From a virus, in the IMG/VR virus record IMGVR_UViG_3300045988_177007, positions 1-35,064 of that record: a stretch of 35,064 bases of DNA; one strand, given 5' to 3'. Below are positions 8,522 to 16,387 of the stretch, piece by piece (the stretch's first letter is position 1; each line of letters opens with the position of its first letter). Both the position numbers and the translations under genes were made by a program. The notes beneath the pieces are model-generated. The model was not told the DNA's origin. It saw nothing but the letters and a program-made list of their open reading frames with translations, and did not search any database.

Positions 8522-9388
8522 CTACGCCGCCATCGCCTCGGCGTAGACGCTGCTCGCGCGGGCCACGACGGTCCGGAAACTCTGCAGGTAGTGCCCCATG
8601 GCCGTGTTGACGGTCGTGTGCCCGAGCGCGACGGCTATGTCCTCGATGGCCGCGCCGTGCTCCAGCGCGATCGTGGCCCACGAGTGGCGAAGGCACGTCA
8701 TCGGCACATGAGGCAGTCCTGAGCGGCGGCAGAAGGCGGCGAAGCGGCGGGCCACGGCGTCAGGCGAGAGGGCGCACAGGCGTCCGGAGCGGCGGCTCCC
8801 GCGAATCGCCCGCAGGCGCTCTAAGGCGAAGCGGGGGAGCTTCAGGCGGCGGTCCGACAGCTTGGTCTTGCATCCCGTCTCCACCTCGCGCCCGCGCACC
8901 ACATGGAGGCCGCGCGAGACGTGCACCCAGCCGCTTCGCCAGTCCACGTCCTCGATTCTCACGGCGCAGGCCTCGCACCTGCGCAACCCGAGGGCTGCGC
9001 CGAGCAGCACGGCAGCCTCGAAGGACTGGCCGACGATGCCGCGCAGCGTCTCGCGCTCCTGCGGGGCCGTGAGCACCGGGCGGCGGACGGTTGGCTTGCG
9101 CGGCAGCTCAACGCCCTGCGTCACGTCCCAGATGCGCAGCTGTCGGCGGCGCAGCACCCAGCGGTACACCTGCCGGAAGGTCTTGTAAGCCTTCTCGGCG
9201 GCGCCGGGGCGCTCGAAGCCGTCCACCCATGCCTGGAGCTCGTCGAAGGTGACGGACTCAACCTCGCGCGCTCCCCACGCGGGCAGGACGTGGCAGCGGA
9301 GGGCCGACTCGTAGCCCTCCAGGGTGGTGGCCCGCAGGCGCTTTCGCTTGTCGGCCATGTACTCGGCGGCGGCATCACGGAACTGCAT
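8522..9388 (-). CDS. Small tyrosine recombinase. Candidate shufflon invertase (Rci-like role) rather than an integrase
   Basis: 288 aa with no long N-terminal arm-binding region. Tyrosine-recombinase boxes are readable: ...CLRHSWATIALEHG... and ...LGHTTVNTAMGHYL... It abuts crossover site 4. Confidence 0.65.
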   Translation of the reverse strand: MQFRDAAAEYMADKRKRLRATTLEGYESALRCHVLPAWGAREVESVTFDELQAWVDGFERPGAAEKAYKTFRQVYRWVLRRRQLRIWDVTQGVELPRKPTVRRPVLTAPQERETLRGIVGQSFEAAVLLGAALGLRRCEACAVRIEDVDWRSGWVHVSRGLHVVRGREVETGCKTKLSDRRLKLPRFALERLRAIRGSRRSGRLCALSPDAVARRFAAFCRRSGLPHVPMTCLRHSWATIALEHGAAIEDIAVALGHTTVNTAMGHYLQSFRTVVARASSVYAEAMAA

Positions 9389-9407
9389 TTTTGACCTCGA
9401 TTCAATC

Positions 9408-9461
9408 GGAAATCCCAGACGTCGGCGCAGGCGGATCCTGCCCCTATGCCTGGGATTTTCC
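9408..9461. promoter_or_regulatory. Inverted repeat GGAAATCCCAG ... CTGGGATTTTCC in the recombinase / CBM-gene intergenic region
   Basis: Arms are 10/11 complementary with a 31-bp spacer. They share ATCCCAGA with the flank of crossover site 1. Candidate recombinase binding or autoregulation site. Confidence 0.3.
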
Positions 9462-9481
9462 CCGAGAGAAAGGAGTCACGC

Positions 9482-9889
9482 ATGGCTTTGAGGGGAGTCT
9501 CGGTCGGGCCCTCAATCCGGCTCGCCACGGACGGCGGTGGAAAGCTCGTCGCGGAGACGGACCCGCCCGAGGTGCCCGAGGGATTCGTGGCCACCTACAC
9601 GCTGGTCGACACGGGCGAGCGCATCGAGCAGGTCTGGAGCGTGGCGCCGAGGTCGCGCGGCGAGGACTCGCTCGCGGTGGCCAAGATGGCCGCGCGTGGG
9701 CTGCCGGACTCCGACGCGGTGCGCGTCCCGCTGCTCTTCGGCGCCTGGTACGTCGGCGTGGCCGAGTACGCGGCGGGGGAGCGAGTGGAGCGGGGCGGCA
9801 GGCTCTACCGCTGCCTGCAGACGCACCAGCCGAGGCTGGGCACCGAGCCGGAGGCCACGGCCTCGCTCTGGGAGAGAATCGAAGGATAA
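9482..9889 (+). CDS. Carbohydrate-binding (CBM5/12-like) domain protein, tail-associated
   Basis: ATG at 9482 with AAAGGAG RBS; the longer ORF starting at 9446 is unlikely. Motif Y-AAGERVERGGRLYRCLQTHQP...LWERI fits the YxxGxxVxxxGxxYxC.Q.H....W pattern of CBM5/12. Confidence 0.5.
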   Translation: MALRGVSVGPSIRLATDGGGKLVAETDPPEVPEGFVATYTLVDTGERIEQVWSVAPRSRGEDSLAVAKMAARGLPDSDAVRVPLLFGAWYVGVAEYAAGERVERGGRLYRCLQTHQPRLGTEPEATASLWERIEG

Positions 9890-9898
9890 GGAGTACAC

Positions 9899-10477
9899 AT
9901 GTTCTACGGACAGTTCGTGAGCGGAGCCGTCTACCTCACCACCGACGGCAGTGGTCTGCCCATCCGCGAGGCCGCTGAGCCGACGCCTGGGGCGGGCTAC
10001 CACACCTCTCTCACCTATGAGCAGCACGACGGGGCCATCTGGCAGGTCTGGGCGCTCGTGCCGGACGCGGGCACCGCCCAGGACGCGGCCCTCATGCTTG
10101 CGCAGATTCAGGCGTCGAAGCTCAGCGACACCGACGCGCTGCGCGTGCCCGCGCTCTTTCCGCGCTACGAGAAGGGCCACGTCTACGCTCAGGGCGACCG
10201 AATTCTGCATCAAGGCGTGCTCTACAAGGCCATAAGCGGGCACACGGCCACCGCCGAGGAACCGACCTCAGACCCGCAGCACTGGGCGAAGGTCGTGCCC
10301 GCCTCCACCGGCGAGGCCGTTGCCGAGTGGGTCAGCGGAAAGACCTACGCCAAGGGCGACCGTGTGACCAAGTACGGGCAGGTCTACGAGTCGACCATGG
10401 ACGCCAACACGCTGGAGCCGGGCAGCTTCGGCAGCGACGGCGCCTGGACGCTCGTGACCGCGTCCGCCACCGCCTAG
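9899..10477 (+). CDS. Carbohydrate-binding (2x CBM5/12-like) protein, paralogue of 9482..9889
   Basis: 192 aa with GGAG RBS. Two copies of the Y.(G)D.(V/I)...G..Y......(W) motif. Central region aligns with the preceding gene. Confidence 0.5.
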   Translation: MFYGQFVSGAVYLTTDGSGLPIREAAEPTPGAGYHTSLTYEQHDGAIWQVWALVPDAGTAQDAALMLAQIQASKLSDTDALRVPALFPRYEKGHVYAQGDRILHQGVLYKAISGHTATAEEPTSDPQHWAKVVPASTGEAVAEWVSGKTYAKGDRVTKYGQVYESTMDANTLEPGSFGSDGAWTLVTASATA

Positions 10478-10516
10478 CAAGCGACGAAACCAACCGGAGA
10501 AAGGCGGTAGCAACAC

Positions 10517-10834
10517 ATGGACATGATCGCGGCAAGCGTCTTGACCACAGCGGCGAGCTCACTCGTGTCGGCAATCGTGGCGACGCTCGTCTCGCGCGCC
10601 AAGTCCGGTGTTCGCGAGATGGAGGCGTCTAGCAAGGCGCAGGAGCGCGGAATCAGGGAGCTGCTGTGGGGCGAGCTGAAGAAGCTGCACGCCGAGGCCA
10701 TGGAGCGCGGCGGCCTGACCATCGAGGACCGCCGCCACCTCGAGAACACCTACGCCGCATACCACAACCTCGGAGGCAACGGAACCGGCACACGCCTCTA
10801 CAAGGACGCGATGGAGATGCCGGTAATCGACTAA
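10517..10834 (+). CDS. Membrane-anchored hypothetical protein (one N-terminal TM helix)
   Basis: 105-aa ORF with hydrophobic N-terminus IAASVLTTAASSLVSAIVATLVS. Upstream of the holin. Confidence 0.35.
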   Translation: MDMIAASVLTTAASSLVSAIVATLVSRAKSGVREMEASSKAQERGIRELLWGELKKLHAEAMERGGLTIEDRRHLENTYAAYHNLGGNGTGTRLYKDAMEMPVID

Positions 10835-10862
10835 GGCCATTCGGCCGGGAAGGAAGGAAGAC

Positions 10863-11096
10863 ATGGAAGCAATCAAAGGCTGGGGCCGCGCGGCCCTCGT
10901 GCGCGCCGTGAAGACCGGCGCCCAGACTCTCGTGACCCTCATCGGCACCGGCGCGGTCGGCATCACCGACCTCGACTGGCCCGCGCTCCTCAGCGTGACC
11001 GCCACCACGATGGTGCTCTCTTTGCTGACCAGCGTCGCGGGCGTGCCTGAGGTGGGCGACGGCGAGTCGCCGCTGCACATGAAGTCGGGCGAGTAG
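10863..11096 (+). CDS. Holin
   Basis: 77 aa with two predicted TM segments and a charged C-terminus. GGAAGGAAG RBS. Upstream of the endolysin. Confidence 0.5.
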   Translation: MEAIKGWGRAALVRAVKTGAQTLVTLIGTGAVGITDLDWPALLSVTATTMVLSLLTSVAGVPEVGDGESPLHMKSGE

Positions 11097-11100
11097 GGGA

Positions 11101-11361
11101 GTGAGGCCCGCTAGGCGCCGCCGCCTCGCGCGGGCGTGCCGCCTCATGGTCGCCGTGGTGGTGGCCGAGGCGGCCGCCCTCGCGCCGCTCGTGACCGCTT
11201 CGCAGCCTGCGGGCAAGCCCGCGTGGAGACCGGGTAAGGCGATCGTCTCCGACAGGGCATACGAGCCGCCCATGAGGCTCGTCGTGGAGCCGGACACGGG
11301 GCAGACCTACACGGTCGCCGAGTCCGGCTCCGTCCATTTGATAAGGGAAGGCGACAGATGA
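11101..11361 (+). CDS. Small secreted protein (signal peptide). Possible lysis accessory
   Basis: GTG start. N-terminal RRRRLARACRLMVAVVVAEAAALAPLVTA is signal-like. Start choice is uncertain. Confidence 0.3.
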   Translation: MRPARRRRLARACRLMVAVVVAEAAALAPLVTASQPAGKPAWRPGKAIVSDRAYEPPMRLVVEPDTGQTYTVAESGSVHLIREGDR

Positions 11362-12167
11362 TGCCAAGCATCGACAAGCTCTGCGAGCGCATGCGCTACT
11401 GGTGCGACGAGGGCAATTTAGGCTACTGCCAGGAGCACCGCCAGGACATCCGTGTGGGCGGCGAGGCGGACTGTTCCTCGCTCGTCATCCATTGCCTGAA
11501 GGAAGCCGGTTTCGACACCGGTTCCGCGAGCTATACCGGCAACATGAGCGCCAATCTCTGTGCCCGAGGGTGGAGGCGCGTCGCAAACAACGGCAACCCG
11601 CAGCGCGGCGACATTCTGCTCAACGACGCGCACCACGTGGCCGTGTACGTCGGCGGGGGCCTCCTCTGCCAGGCGAGCCGCAACGAGCTCCACCGAGCCA
11701 ACGGCGGCAGACCGGGAGACCAGGACAACTACGAGACGAACACCCGCAGCTACTACAACTACCCGTGGTCCTGCTACTTGCGCTACGCGGGCGCGCAGGG
11801 CACGTCGCCCGCGCAGCTCGTCGTCGACGGCTATTGGGGCCGGGAGACCACGCTTCGCCTGCAGGAGCTCTTCGGCTGCCCGTACAAGGACGGGGTCATC
11901 TCCTCCCAGTGGGCGGGCGACGCATGGCGCCACGCGGCCTGCACGAGCTTCGAGCACGACAACTCCGGCGAGGGCTCGGTGACCATCGTGCGCCTGCAGC
12001 AGCATATCGGTGTGACCGCCGACGGCCTCTGCGGCAAGGACACGATCAACGCGCTCATCAAGCGCTTCATGTCGTCCTCCGGCGCGACCGTCCTGGACGG
12101 AAAGCTCGACGCCGCCTCCGTCACCGTCAAGGCCATGCAGCGCGCGATAAACGATGGGCGGCTCTGA
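11358..12167 (+). CDS. Endolysin: NlpC/P60- or CHAP-like cysteine peptidase domain plus two peptidoglycan-binding repeats
   Basis: 269 aa. Cys...His pattern DCSSLVIHCL...GDILLNDAHHVAVYVGGG. Two DG.WG..T...L...FG / DGLCGKDTINALIKRF repeats resemble PG_binding_1. Confidence 0.75.
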   Translation: MMPSIDKLCERMRYWCDEGNLGYCQEHRQDIRVGGEADCSSLVIHCLKEAGFDTGSASYTGNMSANLCARGWRRVANNGNPQRGDILLNDAHHVAVYVGGGLLCQASRNELHRANGGRPGDQDNYETNTRSYYNYPWSCYLRYAGAQGTSPAQLVVDGYWGRETTLRLQELFGCPYKDGVISSQWAGDAWRHAACTSFEHDNSGEGSVTIVRLQQHIGVTADGLCGKDTINALIKRFMSSSGATVLDGKLDAASVTVKAMQRAINDGRL

Positions 12168-12286
12168 TGCCGTACCCGTCGCCGGCGGACGAGCATGACG
12201 GCGATTGCCTGAACCTGGTCTTGTTCCTTATCGACCTCGCTTTGGTGTTCGTGGCCGCGCCGATGTGCCTCATGGGCCTGCTCTAG
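12167..12286 (+). CDS. 39-aa hydrophobic peptide overlapping the endolysin stop (ATGA)
   Basis: MPYPSPADEHDGDCLNLVLFLIDLALVFVAAPMCLMGLL. Translationally coupled to the endolysin. Confidence 0.3.
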   Translation: MPYPSPADEHDGDCLNLVLFLIDLALVFVAAPMCLMGLL

Positions 12287-12558
12287 CTGTGACCTACTGT
12301 GACCTAGCTCGTACCTACCGTGACCCCTCCTCGCTTCGGCGGGGAGGGTCTATTTTTATGTCGAAAACGCGTCCCTAACGCGTCCCAATTCTTCGGTTTT
12401 GTCAACTTTGTCGGCATTATCAACTCTATTTGCGCAGGTCACAGCGTTATCAACACCGATGGGCGTTGAATAGTAGACTAGAGAAGTGTAATCATCTTCA
12501 TAAAACCGCAGGTAGATAGGTTGTGACTCGAATAATTGTCCCTATTTGTCCCAAACGG
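12287..12558. promoter_or_regulatory. Candidate attP / integrase arm-site region (AT-richer, multiple short direct repeats)
   Basis: Tandem CTGTGACCTA x2 at 12287-12306. Three T(G/A)TCAAC repeats at ~12393, 12417 and 12446. Immediately 3' of the integrase gene. Confidence 0.3.
12323..12358 (+). terminator. Rho-independent terminator closing the late/lysis operon
   Basis: GC stem ACCCCTCCtcgc-TTCG-gcgGGGAGGGT followed by TCTATTTTTAT. Confidence 0.55.
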
Positions 12559-13671
12559 TCACGACTTTGCAGCGCGGTATCGCGCGTAGGCCTCGGCGAC
12601 GGCTTCGACGAACACGTCTCGCTCTGGCCGATCGTAATGAATCTCCCCGACGCTTTTCCCCGCGTGGCCCATCATCTTCTCGCACATGTCCTCGGGCACC
12701 TTCAGCTCCCAGCGCATGAACGTTCGCCAAGAGTTGCGAAGGTTCTGCAAGGGTATGTAGCTCAGCCCGGCGGAATCCAGCGCGCGCTTCCAAGCCCTTC
12801 CCGCCGCAGCCTGACCCATTGGCGACCCGTCGCCCCGGTCGCACAGCCACGACGCGCTGACCGCGAGAACGTCTTCGCTCCACGGCTCCGGGACTACCAC
12901 CCAACGCTCGCTCCGGCTGGTCTTTAGCGTGTCGAAAACTTCTCCGCTCCTGTTCACCTGACGCTCGATGCGCACGGCGGCGAGCGCCTGCCCGTGCGAC
13001 TCGACGCGCACGACGTCTGTTGCCTTCGCTCCTAAAGCCTCTCCGATCCTGCAGGAGGCCGTTCCGCACAGCACTGCAGGCAAGTAGACCGGCGTCCCTT
13101 TGATGGCCTCGAGAACAGACGTGAGGGCTTCGAGCGTGTACACGTCCTTCAGCCTCTCGCGGGCCGGGGTTCTCGGCATGCGGTAACGTGCAGAACACGG
13201 GTTCGATTTCGCAACCTCGTACCTGACGCACATGTCCAGCAACTGCGACAGCAGCTGCAGCGACCTCTGCGCGCTCGACGGCGCGAGCGTGAGCAGCCAT
13301 TCCTGCACCTGCAGCGGCTTCACGTCGGTAACCGGCACGTCAGCCCAGCGCGGAATGATGCGCGAGTTCCACATCGACCTGTACATCCGCTCCGTGTTTG
13401 CCGACACCTCGCCCTTGCTGAGCCTGTCCTCGAAGTCCGGGAGCCACCACATCTCGTATGCCTGCCGCACGGTCGGCGCAGGCGCGTCGCTTGAATGCTC
13501 CACCCGGCGCCGTGCGAGCACGTCGTCGGCGTCCTTGCGGGTGCCGCGCACCGTCTCGGAGACGCGGCGGTACCCCTTGCCGTCGTGGAGGTCGGCCCAG
13601 TAGCGGATGCGGCGCTTCCCGCGCCCGGCGTCCTCGTTGCTGCCCCACGACGACCTGCGCTTCTTAGGCAT
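12559..13671 (-). CDS. int: Tyrosine integrase
   Basis: 370 aa. Catalytic boxes ...RNSWRTFM... and ...MMGHAGKSVGEIHYDRP... Adjacent to the CI/Cro switch and to a low-GC att-like region. Confidence 0.8.
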   Translation of the reverse strand: MPKKRRSSWGSNEDAGRGKRRIRYWADLHDGKGYRRVSETVRGTRKDADDVLARRRVEHSSDAPAPTVRQAYEMWWLPDFEDRLSKGEVSANTERMYRSMWNSRIIPRWADVPVTDVKPLQVQEWLLTLAPSSAQRSLQLLSQLLDMCVRYEVAKSNPCSARYRMPRTPARERLKDVYTLEALTSVLEAIKGTPVYLPAVLCGTASCRIGEALGAKATDVVRVESHGQALAAVRIERQVNRSGEVFDTLKTSRSERWVVVPEPWSEDVLAVSASWLCDRGDGSPMGQAAAGRAWKRALDSAGLSYIPLQNLRNSWRTFMRWELKVPEDMCEKMMGHAGKSVGEIHYDRPERDVFVEAVAEAYARYRAAKS

Positions 13672-13760
13672 CGCGCACCCTCCTTACTTGTGGCGTTGAC
13701 GCAAAGGCGCGTCTCGCGTCTCGTGTGGAGCACGAGCCGCGCCTTTCCTTACTTCCTTTC

Positions 13761-14264
13761 TTACTTACTTTCTTGCTCGAACAGCGTTCGAACGATGCTC
13801 GCGCGACGTTCGCGGAGCCTCATCGGCCGCCTAGCGCCCCTCCGGGGCGGAGTCATGGACGGACCCCCCCCCCCAGACACTTTTTCGGGGGCAGGCGGGA
13901 GCCTCTCGGCCAGTTCATCCGAATTAAGCCCTTGGGGATAGGTCGCGACGAGCCCTGCCACCACGTTCTCCGCAATCTCGCGGCCCTCTTCGGACAGCGC
14001 GGCGTAGGCCGACATGAGACGTGAGCCGCACTGAGGCGCGGTGGATGTCTCCTCGCGCGGGTGTGTGGCGTACCAGTCGCAGAGGTCGTTAGGAGTGCAG
14101 CCGAAAACTACGGAAATCTCGTAGGCATCTTCCAGCGTGAGGGCAACTTCCTCACGCTCGAGGGAGGCGTAGCGCCGTTCCTTCATCCCTAAGGCCTTTG
14201 CTGCCTCTGATTGGGACTTGTACCCGGCACTTTTACGACATGCCTTCAACGAGAGTTTGAACAT
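13761..14264 (-). CDS. CI-like repressor (XRE-family HTH)
   Basis: ATG with GGAGGAG RBS at 14264; the ORF is open to 14303. HTH reads MFKLSLKACRKSAGYKSQSEAAKALGMKERRYASLE. Divergent from the Cro-like gene. An 11-G run lies in its coding strand at 13864-13874. Confidence 0.7.
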   Translation of the reverse strand: MFKLSLKACRKSAGYKSQSEAAKALGMKERRYASLEREEVALTLEDAYEISVVFGCTPNDLCDWYATHPREETSTAPQCGSRLMSAYAALSEEGREIAENVVAGLVATYPQGLNSDELAERLPPAPEKVSGGGGPSMTPPRRGARRPMRLRERRASIVRTLFEQESK

Positions 14265-14291
14265 ATCTCCTCCTTCTGTTGTCGAAAATTC

Positions 14292-14400
14292 TACGTGATT
14301 CACGTATTAATGGCAAAGATTTTTGCAATTCTCTCTTGACGCAACGCGAATCACGTTGATACTATGAAATGCAACGCGAATCACGTTGATATATGAGAAG
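14292..14400. promoter_or_regulatory. Divergent promoter/operator region of the lysogeny switch
   Basis: Palindrome TACGTGA-T-TCACGTA at 14292-14306. Two 21-bp direct repeats GCAACGCGAATCACGTTGATA at 14341-14361 and 14371-14391, each with CAACG..CGTTG arms. Candidate rightward promoter: TTGACG (14336-14341), 17-18 bp, TACTAT. Confidence 0.5.
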
Positions 14401-14414
14401 GGAGGGAGCCACGG

Positions 14415-14627
14415 ATGCCTGAGTTCAAGAATCGGGTTCGGCGCAGCTTGAGAGTGGCGATGGCCAAGGCGGACATGGATGCTCAGGAGCTTGCTGACAA
14501 GTCCGGCGTCTCCTACGACGCAATCCTGAGATACCTGCGGGGCGAGACCGGCCCGTTGCTTGAGACGGCTTGCAAGATTGCTGAAGCGTTGGGCTGCTCG
14601 CCCAACGATCTGTGCGGCATCGAGTAG
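14415..14627 (+). CDS. Cro-like HTH regulator
   Basis: 70 aa XRE HTH. Shares the C-terminal GC(S/T)PNDLC signature with the repressor. GGAGGGAG RBS. Confidence 0.65.
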   Translation: MPEFKNRVRRSLRVAMAKADMDAQELADKSGVSYDAILRYLRGETGPLLETACKIAEALGCSPNDLCGIE

Positions 14628-14664
14628 CCGCAGGACACGACGATTAAGAACGGAGGTAACACCA

Positions 14665-15402
14665 ATGAACGACATTCAGGTTTTTAAGAACGATCAGTTC
14701 GGGCAGGTTCGTGCCGCGCGCGGCAAGAACGGCGAGCCGGTGTTCGTTGCCAAGGACATTTGCGCGATTCTCGAACTTGGAAACCCTCGCTCGTCCATTG
14801 CACTTCTCGATGATGACGAGAAGGGTGTCCACAGCGTGGACACCCCTGGCGGCAAGCAGCAGATGACTACCGTCACTGAGCCCGGGTTTTACAAGCTCGT
14901 CATGCGTAGCCGCAAGCCTGAGGCGAAGGCTTTCCAGCGCTGGGTCACGCACGAGGTGCTCCCGGCCCTGCGGCGCGACGGCGGATACATGGTCGCCCGC
15001 GACGAGACCCCGGAGCAGACGATGGCCCGCGCGGTCCTTCTCGCCCAGGCCACCATCGACCGGCAGCGCGACCGCATCGCGGAGCTGGAGCCGAAGGCGC
15101 TCTTCGCGGACGCCGTGGCGGCGAGCGACGGCACGTGCCTCGTTGGCGAGCTCGCGAAGATGATGCGCCAGAACGGGGTCGAGGTGGGCCAAAACCGCCT
15201 CTTCGCCATGCTTCGCGAGGACGGCTACCTGGGCAACGTCGGGCAGAACCGCAACGTGCCCACCCAGCGCGCGATGGACCTCGGGCTCTTCCGCATCAAG
15301 GAGACCGCCGTGACGCACTCAGACGGCCACGTGACCATCAACCGCACGCCGAAGGTCACGGGCAAGGGCCAGATCTACTTCGTTAAGCGCTACGGCGCTT
15401 AG
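14665..15402 (+). CDS. Antirepressor (Bro-N domain + KilA-C/ANT-like C-terminal domain)
   Basis: ATG 14665 with GGAGG RBS; the 14560 ORF start is unlikely. N-terminus MNDIQVFKNDQFGQVRAARGKNGEPVFVAKDICAILELGN matches the Bro-N pattern. Confidence 0.75.
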   Translation: MNDIQVFKNDQFGQVRAARGKNGEPVFVAKDICAILELGNPRSSIALLDDDEKGVHSVDTPGGKQQMTTVTEPGFYKLVMRSRKPEAKAFQRWVTHEVLPALRRDGGYMVARDETPEQTMARAVLLAQATIDRQRDRIAELEPKALFADAVAASDGTCLVGELAKMMRQNGVEVGQNRLFAMLREDGYLGNVGQNRNVPTQRAMDLGLFRIKETAVTHSDGHVTINRTPKVTGKGQIYFVKRYGA

Positions 15403-15578
15403 CACAACCCATAGCACAACCTATCCCAGCAAGCGACGCGGGGCCATGCCCCGTGGCGGGGAGCCGTTGCGCGAATTGCACCACGTACCTTGACACCAGA
15501 ATGGCGCGCCGCCCTCGCCGAAAAGGACGGGAACAAACGCGGATGACGGGCGATGCGGCGGCCGGGAAGGAGCCGCGT

Positions 15579-15734
15579 ATGGGTGAAGATTTCTCCGCCA
15601 ACCGGCGCGCGGTCGTCGACAGCCTCACGGGGTGCGTCGAGCACCTCGCATCACTTGTCAAGGAGGGCAAGGCGGAGCTCGACGAGATGACGCTTCTCGC
15701 CGAGCTCGCCTCGACCCTCCTCGGGAGCATCTAG
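15579..15734 (+). CDS. Hypothetical small protein
   Basis: 51 aa, with GGGAAGGAG RBS before ATG 15579. Confidence 0.25.
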   Translation: MGEDFSANRRAVVDSLTGCVEHLASLVKEGKAELDEMTLLAELASTLLGSI

Positions 15735-15743
15735 GGCAAGGGT

Positions 15744-15905
15744 TTACCTTCCCTGCAGCTCAACGATCTTCTCGTACATTGCGTCCAGGAACTCAGCGGC
15801 CTGCCCGGGGCGGAGCATGTCGTCGTTGTTTCCGGTGGGGCTTTCGAGCGCGGAGCGGGTCAGCTCGATCGCCTTCTCGATTGCCCAGTTCTTCTTTTCG
15901 TCCAT
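15744..15905 (-). CDS. Hypothetical small protein
   Basis: 53 aa. GGGGAGGTGA RBS before ATG at 15905 (minus strand). Confidence 0.3.
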   Translation of the reverse strand: MDEKKNWAIEKAIELTRSALESPTGNNDDMLRPGQAAEFLDAMYEKIVELQGR

Positions 15906-16243
15906 TAGATCACCTCCCCTCTGGGGAGATATTAGGCCGTCGCACCGGCCGTCATCCACGGTTTTACCGAGAGCCTCCCCCGCGCGGCGCGGGTGTGCCC
16001 CTGACCTGCATCGCAGGTCGAAGCCTTCTCCGACCTTCACAGGGCATGCGCTTCACCACCCCCCTACGCTCCACAGAGCACCACGGCGCGGGACATAACG
16101 GCAGCCGGCGGGAGCCATGGCCCCGCGGCCGTGCCCGCGCCGCTCGGGGAGGGTTCTCGGTCGGCAAGACATTCAACAGGCAACAAAAAAGCCCCTCGGT
16201 CCGGCAAGACGTGGAGGGGCTCGACCTAAGGAGGTCGATTCAC

Positions 16244-16387
16244 ATGGTACCAAACGAGCTTGACGTGAGCCCCGAGGCGATGAACCTCATCGCCGCCTTC
16301 GCCGCGACGGCGCTCTCGATTCTCGCTGCCCGATTCTTCCTCTGGCTCCGTGAGCTGGAGGGCTACGCGAGGGGCGAGGGCCTGTGA
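16244..16387 (+). CDS. Small hydrophobic hypothetical protein
   Basis: 47 aa. AAGGAGG RBS. Hydrophobic stretch LIAAFAATALSILAARFFLWL. Confidence 0.3.
   Translation: MVPNELDVSPEAMNLIAAFAATALSILAARFFLWLRELEGYARGEGL

Noticed and set aside
7561-8546. Plus-strand ORFs 7561..7944, 7948..8148 and 8160..8546 across the cassette region
   Set aside because: No homology pattern, and Arg/Asp-rich composition. The minus-strand reading gives three modules with clear similarity to each other, in-frame crossover motifs, and similarity to the fibre C-terminus.
8505-8696. N-terminal 64 codons of minus ORF 8211..8696
   Set aside because: Arg/His-rich and overlapping the recombinase 3' end. The cassette proper begins at crossover site 4.
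12290-12560. tRNA gene at the att-like region
   Set aside because: No cloverleaf could be folded by eye. This needs tRNAscan, and presence cannot be claimed.
16185-16225. GC-stem hairpin AGCCCCTC...GAGGGGCT with an adjacent A-run as a terminator
   Set aside because: The loop is about 17 nt. The T-tract is on the minus strand, where no upstream gene reads into it. It may be a regulatory structure, but it could not be supported as a terminator.
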